A stretch of DNA of 64,000 bases from Chrysomallon squamiferum (lineage: Eukaryota > Animalia > Mollusca). Position numbers and translations under genes: made by a program. Where the stretch lies: the NCBI GenBank assembly GCA_012295275.1, contig CM022666.1:8370001-8434000 (forward strand), in the 5' to 3' direction. Of the stretch, positions 27,763-41,168 are shown in pieces. How positions within the stretch are numbered: the first letter of the stretch is position 1; every line of letters starts with the position of its first letter. A model generated the notes under the pieces. It did not search any database. It saw only the letters and a list, made by a program, of their open reading frames with translations, and was not told the DNA's origin.

Positions 27763-28166
27763 TTAACTACGCACACACCCACACACGCACAACAGTTTCA
27801 ATTTCGGACATTTTTGGATTTTGAAATTTCAGGTAAGTGATGTTCAACCTTTACTAAAAATAAAGTCAGACACTTACTTGTTAGATTAGAACAGCTTCCG
27901 TTTCCGTACACACAGACGTGTTTGTCCTGGTCGTAATGCAGGTTGCTAGGACACGGCATCCATGCTGCAGTGAAGCGACCCCCTGGGGCCTGTGTACACT
28001 GAATAAACCCGCTACAGTCCCACGGCAGCAACGCGTACACGACGCCACGTCGACAGAACGCGCTGTACTTCGCCGACGCAACCTCGTCAACACAGAAATA
28101 ACATTTGACGAAAATAAGAAAGAAAAAAATAACACGAATATCTGCGACTCTCTTCAAGTTCTCCAT
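19038..28166 (-). CDS. Secreted multi-domain chitin-binding protein (5x ChtBD2/peritrophin-A-like + sushi/CCP-like + galectin-like), 10 exons, 608 aa
   Basis: Exons 28166-27878, 27580-27362, 26062-25871, 25466-25248, 24767-24576, 24160-24071, 23401-23193, 22884-22799, 20614-20419 and 19172-19038. All introns are GT-AG with compatible phases (1,1,1,1,1,1,0,2,0), giving 1827 nt with no internal stop. Six-Cys ChtBD2 patterns, e.g. C..HPDSCAMFYNC..ECPYPLLF..C..VKC. Hydrophobic N-terminus. Confidence 0.88.
20752..22165. repeat. Triplet-derived intronic minisatellite (ACTATCACGTCTGTTACTACTATTATTATT and a 42-bp variant)
   Basis: About 27-45 bp units, all multiples of 3, in intron 8 of the chitin-binding gene. 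Confidence 0.93.
24780..25050. repeat. Degenerate ~27-bp intronic minisatellite (TGTAATGTAATAAAACTGTGTATTTAAC-like)
   Basis: Visible tandem units. Confidence 0.8.
26049..26510. repeat. 34-bp minisatellite made of the intron 2/exon 3 junction (13 full + 1 partial units)
   Basis: Unit CAGTTTGTAATCACCTGCAATTAGTTAATATATA; gene strand TATATATTAACTAATTGCAG|GTGATTACAAACTG. Confidence 0.95.
26511..26942. mobile_element. pogo/Tigger-like MITE (~430 bp) with TA flanks
   Basis: Left TA|GAGTGGAACCTCGGTTTACGAA, right ...AACCTCAGGTTCCACTG|TA: imperfect terminal inverted repeats. Confidence 0.7.
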
Positions 28167-29509
28167 CCTTTATGTTGCTGCTGCTGCAGTTGCTGTTATT
28201 CCTGCAGGACGATGACCTGGTATAGATGATTCTGCAGCCGCTGTTGTTGATGTCAGTTGTGGTATCGGGTGTTAATTAACGCACGGTCGTTTCGGTTTTT
28301 ATTCGGCCCTTGTTAATAGAGAAATGAAAAAGCATTAATTTATAGTTTAAATTTATTTTGCTCATGATCATATGTACCATTAAATTCAGTCACAAACACA
28401 ATAAATAAATAAATGAGATAATAACAAGACAAAAATATTTCAACACATTTTGAAAAACAACGTTATAGACAGACTGACAGATAGACAGACAAGACAGAAA
28501 AACAATAAAAACGGTAACAGTAGTATTAACAGATAAACATGCATAAATTATTACATGCCTACTCTGTACATAAAAGTTTAAACAATAAATTCAAGTATAA
28601 TCAAATATATTCGCATATATTCAAAACCGTTAAATTAGACCATAGACAACTAGAAGGAAACAGCAGTAATGTGAACATTACAATATAAAATCTTACCATT
28701 GTCCAACAGGTAATATGCGTTTTCTAACAAACATTTTGAACAAGATAAACTAAATCATTCTTCAATATACAGCATAACTTATAAAAATAAAATACTTTCA
28801 CCTACAAAATAACTTTTAACAATAATTTCCTCTATTTAAATATGCATTGTGCAGTCATGTGCTGCTTTCAACGCGCCTACCCGTTTCATAGACATCTCCG
28901 TTTATTGCACACAAAAAATACTGAGAAACCATCGTCTACATTTAAAATTACACAAACGAATCTCTATCTCCTACCCGCCAGTCACCCGAACTTCGGGTGA
29001 CACACCGTCACGTAAATGTCTAATAAAATTTCCAGATAAGCCACCATCAGAACAATTTTTCATTAAATCCATATAAAGCTAATGCAACCTAATTTTCATG
29101 ATCTGTATATTTTCTGTATGAGTATAAACACATAACAAACGTACGGTGTTTACACATAACATGCATACAGTATAGATATATACACAAAATATATGTATAT
29201 TCAGTAAGTTTTATATTTCAGCAAATCATCTCCGGTAACTGCTTCAAAAAGGATTTCACTAACTATATGTCTTACAGCAAATACTGATTATAATTCTCGT
29301 ATCCATTGTTTTTTATTCTTCTTCTTTGAATATATTATCTGCTGCAGAACTTCCAGATAATTAACAGATGGAAGATTTTTAGACAAAAAATACTGCTAAT
29401 TTCAAAGGTCCTTACTTGCTTTCTGATGTCTGTTGAAAATGGTTTTTAACTGGAAAGTTTTACATCCATCATCTACGCGGATTTGCGCGGAAATGCACGA
29501 TAAAACCGT

Positions 29510-29875
29510 TAAATGAGACGGTAGACAACTTTGCAGCATGTGCAGTTTCTGCTATTCTTCTCTCCGTTTTAACATACCTGTTAAATCGATACCTGTTAAT
29601 ACGTAAATAACTTAGTATTTATGTACTTAAATGAGACCGTAGACAACTTTGCACCATGTGCACCATGTGCAGTTTCTGCTATTCTTCTCTCCGTGTTAAC
29701 ATGCCTATTAAATCGATACCTGTTAATACGTAAATAACTTAGTATTTATGTACTTAAATGAGACCGTAGACAACATTGCACCATGTGCAGTTTCTGCTAT
29801 TCTTCTCTCCGTGTTAACATGCCTGTTAAATCGATACCTGTTAATACGTAAATAACTTAGTATTTATGTACTTAG
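29510..29875. repeat. ~118/127-bp minisatellite (3 units); a further 4-unit array at 32857-33340
   Basis: Same unit as at 3437 and 6436. Confidence 0.9.
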
Positions 29876-30326
29876 ATAATCACGTTCAGTCGAAATAGCT
29901 AACGTACAGCAGGAAAACTTTTAATGTAGTTTTTATGTTTTATTGTTGTAGATACATACATACAATATACACACATATCATACATACACTATACACACAT
30001 ATAGATACAATATAGACAAACACCACAAATAAAATATACACACATATCATACACACAATATACACACATATCATACACACAATATAAATATACTACACGT
30101 ACGCTAGAGATATATACAATATAGAGACATACAATATACACATAATACATGTATCATATTCAGTCATATCATACGGACAGTATAGACACTTACTATACAT
30201 ACAGTATACACACATATCGTACATACAGTATACACCTATCATACATACAAAATATACGCATGCCATACTTACATTGTATACGCAAGTCATACACACAGTA
30301 TATACACATACAATATATACATAGAT

Positions 30327-30388
<62 letters not shown>

Positions 30389-33300
30389 ATGCATAGAATA
30401 TAAATACAAATCATACGTACAGTGTATACACATACTATTGTATACATACATATCACATCTCTTCATCGAAATGAAAGGTCGATCAAGAACTGTTACATAA
30501 TTCAAAATAAAAGGTTTTATTTCTTGTAATAGTTCCATCACTTCGAAGTCAAATATTGCAGATACATCAGTAACTTTATAAATAAAATTTTTACATAACT
30601 TTACAAATAGAAATCTTACATAAATTTTTAAATAGAAATCTTACATAACTTTATAAATAGAAATCTTACATAAATATATAAATAGAAATTTTACATAACT
30701 TTATAAATAGAAATTATACCCAACTTTATAAAAAAGATCTTACATAACTTTATAAATACAAAATTTGAATAACTTTATAAATAGAAATCGTACATAACAT
30801 AAATACAAATCGTACTTTATTAATAAAAAATGTATGTAACCTTTCTAATAAATATCTAATGTTCGTTCATAAATAAAAATTTCACATAACTTTATAAATA
30901 ATCATTTTAAATAACTTTATAAATAAAATTTTTAGATAACTTTATAAATAAAAATCATACATAACTCTGTAACTAATAATCATACGGAACTTTATAAATA
31001 AATGCTCCTGCATTCTCTTCTGTGTTCGTATTATGAATTCCAAAACAACATCCGACCTGCTAGTAATATTCAGATATGTAAGTAGTTGAGTGATAAATAT
31101 ATATAAACACATATTATATATACATCACAGAAAAATATTTTGCATACAGTATAGATGTATACTGAATATACAATATCCACGCATGTGATATATAGTATAA
31201 GCACACAGAGATACAATATAGGCACATACTATCAATACATTATAAACACATATACATACATTATAGGCAAATGTTATCAACACAGTATGCACACATAATA
31301 CATACAGTAAAAACACATATCATACATATAGTATAAACACATACAGATACAATATAGGCACATGCTATCAATACAGTATACACATATCATACGTACAGTA
31401 TAAACAGATATTTTATATATATATCAGATAGAAAGACAAGAATGTAGGCTATGTAAATGCTTCATGTATATATATATATATTTACTTTCGTTCTTTAATT
31501 ATAAAAAGCTCACTGAATCATCTAAACAAAGAGATCTGTAACTAGGAACAACTGCTGTTCTCTAAGACAATAAAAACTCCTGAGCCATTACTGAATTTTG
31601 TACGCACTAACTCATTATCTCAGAAAACCCATTATTATATAACCAAAATAAGCTGAAGATAAATGTCGGATTTATAAAGATGTTTAACTGTATTTTACTA
31701 TTCATCATTCTAGTTGGGTTACTACTGAAACTGTATTGAGTGAGCGAGAAATTTAATGTGGTAATCAGAGCGAGCTGTTGTGAAGCACGTCTACGACAGT
31801 CACGCTGTCTAACAAAGCCAGAGGTTGTATCTGTGGCAGAAGAAACTGTATTTTTCCTTAATCTTCTTTATATACATCTGAGATTTGTTTGGTAGAGTAA
31901 ATGTTATCAATGTCATATGCACTGGATAACAATTGTGTTGGACCTAAAAGTTTAAATAAATTCAAGTATAATCCAATATATTCAGAATATAAGTAAAAGG
32001 AAACAGCAATAATGTGTACAATACAATATAAAATTTTAGTATTGTCGAAAATGTAATATTCGTTTTGAGACAAACATTTTCAACATGATAAATTAATTCA
32101 TTGCACAATATACAGCACAACTTATAAAAATAAAATACTTTCACCTTCAAAATAACTTTTAACAATAATTTCCTCTATTTAAATATGCATTGTGCAGTCA
32201 CGTCCTGCTTTTAACGCGTTCCCCGTTTCATCGCCATCTCCATTTATTGCACACAGAAAATACTGAGAAACCATCGTCTACATTTAAAATTACACAAACG
32301 TATGTCTGTCTCCTACCCGCCAGTCACCCGAACTTCGGGCGACACACCCTCATGGAAATGTCTAATGAAATTTCCAGATAAGCCACCATCAGGACAATTT
32401 TTCATTAAATCCATATAAAGCTAATGCAAGCTAATTTTCATGATCTGTATATTTTCTGTATGAGTATAAACACATAACAAACGTACGGTGTTTACACATA
32501 ACATGCATACAGTATAGATATATACCATACACAAAATTTATTCACATTCAGAAAGTTTTTTATTTCAGCAAATAATCTCCGGTAACTGCGTCAAAAAGGA
32601 TATCACTAACTATATGTCTTACAGCAAATACTGATTATAATTCTCGTATCCATTGTTTTTTATTCTTCTTCTTTGAATATATTATCTGCTGCAGAACTTC
32701 CAGTTAATTAACAGATGGAAGATTTTTAGACAAAAAATACTGCTAATTTCAAAGGTCCTTACTTGCTTTCTGATGTCTGTTGAAAATGGTTTTTAACTGG
32801 AAAGTTTTACATCCATCATCTACGCGGATTTGCGCGGAAATGCACGATAAAACCGTTAAATGAGACGGTAGACAACTTTGCAGCATGTGCAGTTTCTGCT
32901 GTTCTTCTCTCCGTGTTAACATGCCTGTTAAATCGATACCTGTTAATACGTAAATAACTTAGTATTTATGTACTTAAATGAGACGGTAGACAACTTTGCA
33001 CTATGTGCACCATGTGCAGTTTCTGCTATTGTTATCTCCGTGTTAACATACCTGTTAAATCGATACCTGTTAATACGTAAATAACTTAGTATTTATGTAC
33101 TTAAATGAGACGGTAGACAACTTTGCTGCATGTGCAGTTTCTGCTATTCTTCTCTCCGTTTTAACATACCTGTTAAATCGATACCTGTTAATACGTAAAT
33201 AACTTAGTATTTATGTACTTAAATGAGACCGTAGACAACATTGCACCACGTGCAGTTTCTGCTATTGTTATCTCCATGTTAATATACCTGTTAAATCGAT

Positions 33301-34502
33301 ACCTGTTAATACGTAAATAACTTAGTATTTATGTCCTTAGTTAATCACGTTCGATCGAAATAGTGAACTTGCAGCAGCAAAAATTTTAATGTGGTTTTTA
33401 TGTTTTTTGTTGTATGTACATACAAAAAAAAATATACATACATATCATACATATCATACATACAATATAAACACATCTAGATACAATATAGACACACACC
33501 ACACATAAAATATACATACCTAATGTACATACAAAATACACACATATCATAGATACAATATAGACCTACTACTCGTATGCTACAGATATATACAATATAG
33601 ATACATACCATATATACAGTATACACATACTACACATATCATGCATAGAGTAGAGGCACATATTATACATACAGTATACACAAATATCGTACATACAGTA
33701 TACACCTATCATGCATACAAGATATACACATACCTTACATTGTTTACATAAATCACACACAGTATATAATACACGTACAATATATACACAGATCGTACAT
33801 ATAGTGTATACACATACCATGCATACAGTATAAGTGAAAATCATACGCACAGTGTGTACACATACTATTGTACAGATATATATCACATCTCTTCATCGAC
33901 ATGAATCTGCAGGCGGTGTACGTCGACGATAACAACGTCTCTGGTTGCCATGACAGCGGTCGAAACAGTCGCTTTACGTGTCAGGGCGTTCCAGTAGAAC
34001 TAGTGCACACCTTTCCAAAGTAGTCAATTCCTCTGATTGAAAAACAGATAAATAATTTTAACTTGCCTTATATTATAAATACTGCGGGTCACAACAAACC
34101 AAAGGAGAAAACCAAGCGTCTTGATAAATTTTACTACTGGATGACGTTCCGAATCTCTTCTTTTATTTGCTGTGTACTCTATTTTTATTTATTCGTTCAT
34201 TCATTCACTCATTCATCTATACTTTTTAATTTACTTATTATATTATTTATTTTCTTTTATTTACTTTTGTTAATATGTGTTGGGTGATATACCATGACTC
34301 AGTCTTTCAGGATTTATGATATTGTTAAAATAACTGGGACATTAGGGCTCTATATCATCAAAAGCGTATCTATTTTCATTATTACTTTTCTTGCACATTA
34401 CGGATATAATTCGACATTAACTTGATAATAACAAATGCTTAAACTGAAAAATAAAGAAAGTATTATTATTAATAATAACAAAAATTGTGTCCCACCACAT
34501 TA

Positions 34503-34555
<53 letters not shown>

Positions 34556-35863
34556 GGAAAGAAAGAAAGAAAGAAAATAATAAATTTATATTCCTACGCC
34601 AGTTATCTCCCGTGACGTCAAGGTTAATCTGAATATTGCACTGTGTGTCGTCACTACACAAGATGGGTAACGTTGACGTCACATTCACTTGTCGTGACCC
34701 TTCCGCTTCGCTAATAATCAACGTAGATGGCGTTGTCTGCAATTTATATAAATGATAAGGAGATAAATGTTTAAAATCAGAAAAGAAATAAATCTAAATT
34801 TTATTTAGTGAAAGATAAATCAGTTACATCCGTAATACTCGATTTTGTCTAATTTGAAAATCATTGTACTTCTACTAGTTCTGGTATTGTCTTTACAGTA
34901 ACCATAAATACTACTACCACTATTACTACTGTCGATGACGATGTCAACTACTTCTACTACCACTACGACAATTACATCTTTGTTTACTTCTACTACTACT
35001 ACTACTACTAATAATAATAATAATTATCACTGAGTTAATAGTTTATTCTTTCACAGACTCCAGTATTTAATGTTATATTAACATAATGTATATTACATTG
35101 ATGATTACAGTTAACAATGAATTCGAGGACTGTAAAATGAAATATTAACAAGAAATGATAAACTGAAAAGAAAGAAGAATAACTCATAAACAAAAATAAA
35201 TTATCAGTAAATAAACTGCAGATGATACACAGATTATTAAAATAAAACTATTAAATTTAAAAAAACAACAACAAAACAACAACCAACCCCCCTCAGAAAT
35301 GCCCCACGTTGCCCGCCCCAAACCATAAAAAGTAAAATGAAATAAGAAATAAATAAATAAAATAAAATATCACCCACCCACCCCCCCGCAAAATACCGAT
35401 ATCCGATAAAAGCGATAATGATGATAACAATAATAATTCAAAACAATAAAATCAAACCAAATTAAGAAGATATTATTGCTTAAAAAAAAAAGAAAATTAA
35501 AAAAATCATGAATATGATAACGAAAACATTTGCGACATGAAAAATTACTAATCTTGGTGTATTATTAATCGTCTTTTCTCTTTTTCTTTTTTCTAAATAT
35601 TTTAATTTACTAGAACAAAACAATAATGACTCATACTAAAAATCCTTACCTGTTTATCATAACTTTGTGTGTGACAATCACAAAATTAAAAGCATAAAGC
35701 CGTAACAGAATCGACAGTCTTAATATATTTGTGCTCACAACATGTAATTTTTTATGCTTAAAACTTCTTGATTGTGCGGTTCATTGCGTTAGTCAGACTG
35801 GAGGAAACGAGTCCGCTTCCTTGTTCATTTTCACCGATGTTACACGTTCGCGCCTTAATCTTG

Positions 35864-35976
35864 TATAAAAACGAAAACAACAACTTTTTGACGTCTGCCA
35901 CACATCTGCAACAGAGACTGCGCAACGGATAAGAACATGGCACTCGTTTTCGTGTTCCTTTTTATCGGTTTTAGTG
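35864..35976 (+). pseudogene. Duplicate TATA + orphan signal-peptide exon (MALVFVFLFIGFS|)
   Basis: ATG at 35937, donor G|GTGAGT at 35976/35977. Confidence 0.45.
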
Positions 35977-36262
35977 GTGAGTTTGTTTTACGTTTTAATT
36001 TTGTAAGAACTGTTATTTTATTTTATTAATTAATTAATTAATTTATTTATTTATTTATTTATCTATTATTATTATTGAGAAGAATTAAAATTAAGAACAT
36101 TAATGTAAATAAATAAATAGACAGATAAATAAATAAATAAATAAATAAATGCAAACAGGGGAAAATAAGTATATTATTTAATTATTTCAAATATCTGGAA
36201 AAATATTTGTGTATTTATAACGTAGGAGAAGTAATAATAATAATAATAATAACAATAATAAC

Positions 36263-36296
<34 letters not shown>

Positions 36297-37682
36297 TTAA
36301 TAATAATAATAATAATAATAATCATCATCATCATCATCATCATAAATATAGATTAACTGTTAAGGTAGAGCATCGTGCCTTTGTGCTAACAAACCCGATT
36401 TCAGTTCAGATGTTTAAAGTAACGCATATCTTTGATAAATAAATTCAAAGTACTATCATTTTTCAAGTTAAATATTCATTATATGCATAATAAACATTTT
36501 AATCATCTGTACTGAAGATAGTAACAAACTATAAATAAATTTTAAAATTTCGATAAAATGATGTATCATTTCAGAGTTTACATTATTATTTAGATATAAC
36601 TTTCAGGATTACATATAGCTATCTGTCTGTCTGGTTATCTTTCTCTCTCTTTGCTGTCCGCCCATCCGTGCAACTCTGTGTGTCTGTCTCTCTGTGTCTC
36701 ATATACCTATCTGCCTGTCTGTATATTTCTATTTATTCTGTGTATCATATACTATCTGCCTGTCTATATATTTCTATTTATTCTGTGGATCATATACTTA
36801 TCTGTCTGTCTGTCTATACATTTCTATTTATTCTGTGGATCATACACCTATCTGCCTGTCTGTATATTTCTATTTATTCTGTGGATCATATACCTATCTG
36901 CCTGTCTATATATTTCTATTTATTCTGTGTATCATATACCTATCTACCTGTCTATATATTTCTATTTATTCTGTCTGTCTCATTCTCTCTTTATATATAT
37001 ATATATATATGTCTGTATGATTGTTATTTTTGTTTGTCTGTTTATCTTCTCTGTCTTCTGTCTGTATATCTATCGGAACTATGTGTAATTACTTCACATT
37101 TATTTTTTATTATTTGTAAAAAAAAAAAATTGGTTATCGTTTTCTCTATTGTTTTAATGCTTCACGCATATGCATATGTTTTTTTTTTATCTTTAAGAAC
37201 AGTTCTAAAGCACTTCTAAATAGTTTTTTTTTTTTCGATTACAGTCTTGTTACATTCTTGAACAAGTACAGTTAAGTTCATTATGGTGTCCTTGTTGACA
37301 AAATAATCACCCTAATTTAGATTATTTAACTTCTTTTTTTTTTAATCTACTCAATTTCTTTTTATATCTTTTCGTACCTATAAATCCTCTTTCTAATGAT
37401 AATTTTATGTTAATCCGCGAATACAAGGTAATCTCCTTTAAGCCAATCAACAAGAAGGAAATATGAAAATTAGAAAGTGGAAAACAGAAAACAAAATTAA
37501 CATTTTGTTAAAGAGAAAACAAATATACAAATTAGAAATATACTAATGACGCTTGAACTAATATTAAAAGTGAAATGTTAGCAAAGTGAAAAAAAAAATA
37601 TGAGAAAGCGGGAAAACACATATTACACCCTTAATTAATACTGCTTTTCAAAATATTTTATAATTACGTACATTTGTATGCG

Positions 37683-37785
<103 letters not shown>

Positions 37786-39121
37786 TCAGCTTTTGAATGA
37801 AATTTATTATTATATCACACTACAGACGCCCAGACGATTCTAAACTCTACTGAGAAATCACGTGACGTGAATAATCAAGCCGGACAGACGGAGACTCTGT
37901 TATGCGACCAGTTTCAAACTCCGGCATGGTTCCGATTTATAAACGGACTGATGCCTACGTCTGTTTCTATGTATATTATTCAGTGCATATTTATCTTCTC
38001 GTATATTCTATATACCCATCTCTTTTAATGTGCATACATATTGCATAGGTTTTTCTTCGTATATGTGAAAATATTTGCGAACAGTTCAGTATACTCAATA
38101 CTATATACGCAAGATAACTCCAAGGACTTATTCTTTATGCATAAATTATTCAAAAGATATAAAATATGCTTAGTCTTAATAAGTTCGATAGTCTTCGGTC
38201 ATAGCCACGGAAAATGTCGAATGTTTTCCATAACCATCTTACAACGTGGATGTATTTCCGGCTGAACTATACAAATGTTTTTACCAAGTTATTGTAATAA
38301 ATAAACAATTATGCTGTAGTTAAACTAATATATCGTAACATATTTTAAATTGATATCCTTCGTTTTATTAAATGCGAATCATTGCGAATATAATTCTAAT
38401 AAACAGTCGCTAAGCGAGAAGCTGCGCATAAATATTAAACCGTTGTTACCATAGCAACTATTAACAATAGCGACCTGTAGCAAATATACTCTACATGTAA
38501 ACTTGGCAAACTGCTGTAGCATTAAACGTTTAGACATCTGCAATGGCGGTTGTTGTTTTAAGTTGGCAATACAAATAAATGACCTGATACATTGTTTCAA
38601 ATTTATTCTTTCAAAGCTATTATTTGATTGTTTTGTGTAGACACTCATTGTTCATAATCATGAAAAAGAAATATTACTACAACAGATTGCCGCTATTTTA
38701 CCTTTTCATAGCTGGAGTCATGACATCATTGTATGGAGGTTGACGTCACAGCTGTATTATTTCTGACAATATAAGAGCTCACCACTTCTCTCCTAAACTC
38801 GATGACGTCACAACTACATAAACATTGCATCACTCAGATATTTTTTAAATGTACCTTCTCATTAGTCAAGGTTGGACAGCAAGATTAAATAAATAAATAA
38901 AATATAATAAAATAGAAGTTTTCCAGCTATATTTAAACTATTTCTTTAATATATATATATTAAATTATTTCAAAATTTGGATTATCGTTTCACACTAAAA
39001 CAGTAAAGAAAGGAAGATAAAAAATATATTTAGAGAAAATAATCATTTAAAAATGAGGCTTGTAAAAAGCAGAGTAGACACCCGAGTTTAACTTACCGTC
39101 ATATTGACTAGTACAAGTTTT

Positions 39122-39910
39122 CTTTACGTCTGTAAACTCGACATCTTCCATCAGCTGGACGAAGCAGAAATCGAGCCTCTTCACTAAACCAGACAGTTCT
39201 CCATCGTAACTGAGGTCAGACTCTGTGCACTTGACACTACTGACGTCGTAGTCGACGATGTTGTTGAGTCAAAACCACTCTTCTCAGAGGCTGTCTGGCT
39301 CGAATACCTGCCTCGCTTAAACGATTGCGCTCTATCTGAGCCGATATTCTACGCATACTTGGTATTGCTGAATCAGTAGAGGTTGCCGTGGTGGTTCTTT
39401 CCCGTAGATGAAGTATCCTTATGTAGCGGTCCTGGGCCCTGGTGATTACACGTGGTCTACCTGATCTGGGACTGTCACGTGTTGTTTCGTGTTGCTGGAA
39501 CCGATGCCACAATCTCAAGATGGTGCTTGGGGACACATGGAACACCCGGGCTACGGCCGAGAAGGATTCGCCAGCTTGTAAACTGCCGATGGCGTTGTTT
39601 CGTTGCGGTTCACTCAGTCGTGGCATTTGTTTGATGTTGGGTCAGAACAAAAATAACGAACAGAAGTATTCGTAAACCTTGCATTTTTTGTAAACCTCGT
39701 ATTCAAGTTTCATGTGCCGCACGTGCATATGCATGCGGGGACGTTTTGGCTAATGAACACAATCATAGCCTTTATTTTGTGTTACGTGCTTTTTGGCGAC
39801 TGTTACAAAACGTTTGAATCACCAAATGTCATTATAGTCATAGTTTGTACATTGATATGTACATTATCTAAGAAATAAACAATTCTGCGTTTCTTTTTTG
39901 GAAGAGTATA
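39122..39910 (-). mobile_element. Duplicate Tc1 5' fragment
   Basis: ORF 39626-39237 is nearly identical to 13854-13465, with the same stops and truncation point. Confidence 0.9.
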
Positions 39911-39997
39911 TTTCATAAGAAATACAATAATGTTGTTGAGTAAGGTCAGATATAAAAGTTTTATTCAAGATTTACGAGTTAGAGTTATTTCCCTTAC

Positions 39998-40199
39998 ATT
40001 TCCCTTTAGGAATGAACCGTCGTTTGCAGTTAACCAGTTTGGCGGGCATACATTTCTGTTTTTCTTGATCAAAGAGTTCAGGGTAAGGGCATTCATTCTC
40101 GTACACTTTCAGTCCAGGTTTTGCCGTCGTCTGTTTACAGTCGTAAAACAAAGCACAGTTTTCTGGATTCGCGAATTTCAGATCTGGTTTGAGTTCGCA
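39998..40199 (-). pseudogene. Isolated ChtBD2 exon of the truncated paralog (upstream exons deleted)
   Basis: CELKPDLKFANPENCALFYDCKQTTAKPGLKVYENECPYPELFDQEKQKCMPAKLVNCKRRFIPKGK(C)|GTAAGG. Confidence 0.75.
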
Positions 40200-40266
40200 C
40201 TGTCATCATCATCATTATTGCTATTATTATTATTGGTAGATGGATAGATAGATAGATAGATAGTTT

Positions 40267-40365
<99 letters not shown>

Positions 40366-40968
40366 GAGAGAGAGAATGTGGGGTATGTATGTGCGTGTAG
40401 TTTTTCTTTTATATTAGTTATGCATGCTAAAGGATTCAGACTGTCAAAAATTACGACTATTATGTATCTTAAACTGCCACACCAAACTAGTTTTCACCCT
40501 TTGTTTTATTCAATTTATAGTATCAGCAGCATCAACATAAAGAATATGGAAATTTTAAATATTTTCTGAAAATAGGTTGCCAAAGTGCTCAGTCGGGGTA
40601 ACGTCCGTCAAAAAAAATATGTAAAGGTTTATGTGAGAAGAATATCTGAAAGGATATAAACCTGTTCCTTCTAATCCTCTTAGCAGACGTCAAGGCAAAA
40701 GTTTAAAAATATGTCAAATGATGATATTGTCGCCACAGATTTTCAGTACTCCCTTTTGTTCATTTCATGAGCTAGTTTCAAGAAAAACTAATTCGAGTTC
40801 ATGAGACAACATTCTCAAAAATAAAGAAAGTTATTTATTTTTTAATTGTTTTTTTATTATTGTTATTATATTTTTTTCTTTTTTCTAATGGGTTTTTTCT
40901 CTCTTTCTTTCTCTCTTTCTTTCTCTCTCTTCTGAAATAATATTATTTCCAGATCCAACAAAGAGATG

Positions 40969-41168
40969 NNNNNNNNNNNNNNNNNNNNNNNNNNNNNNNN
41001 NNNNNNNNNNNNNNNNNNNNNNNNNNNNNNNNNNNNNNNNNNNNNNNNNNNNNNNNNNNNNNNNNNNNNNNNNNNNNNNNNNNNNNNNNNNNNNNNNNNN
41101 NNNNNNNNNNNNNNNNNNNNNNNNNNNNNNNNNNNNNNNNNNNNNNNNNNNNNNNNNNNNNNNNNNNN
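40969..41168. other. Assembly gap (200 N)
   Basis: Run of exactly 200 N. Confidence 1.
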
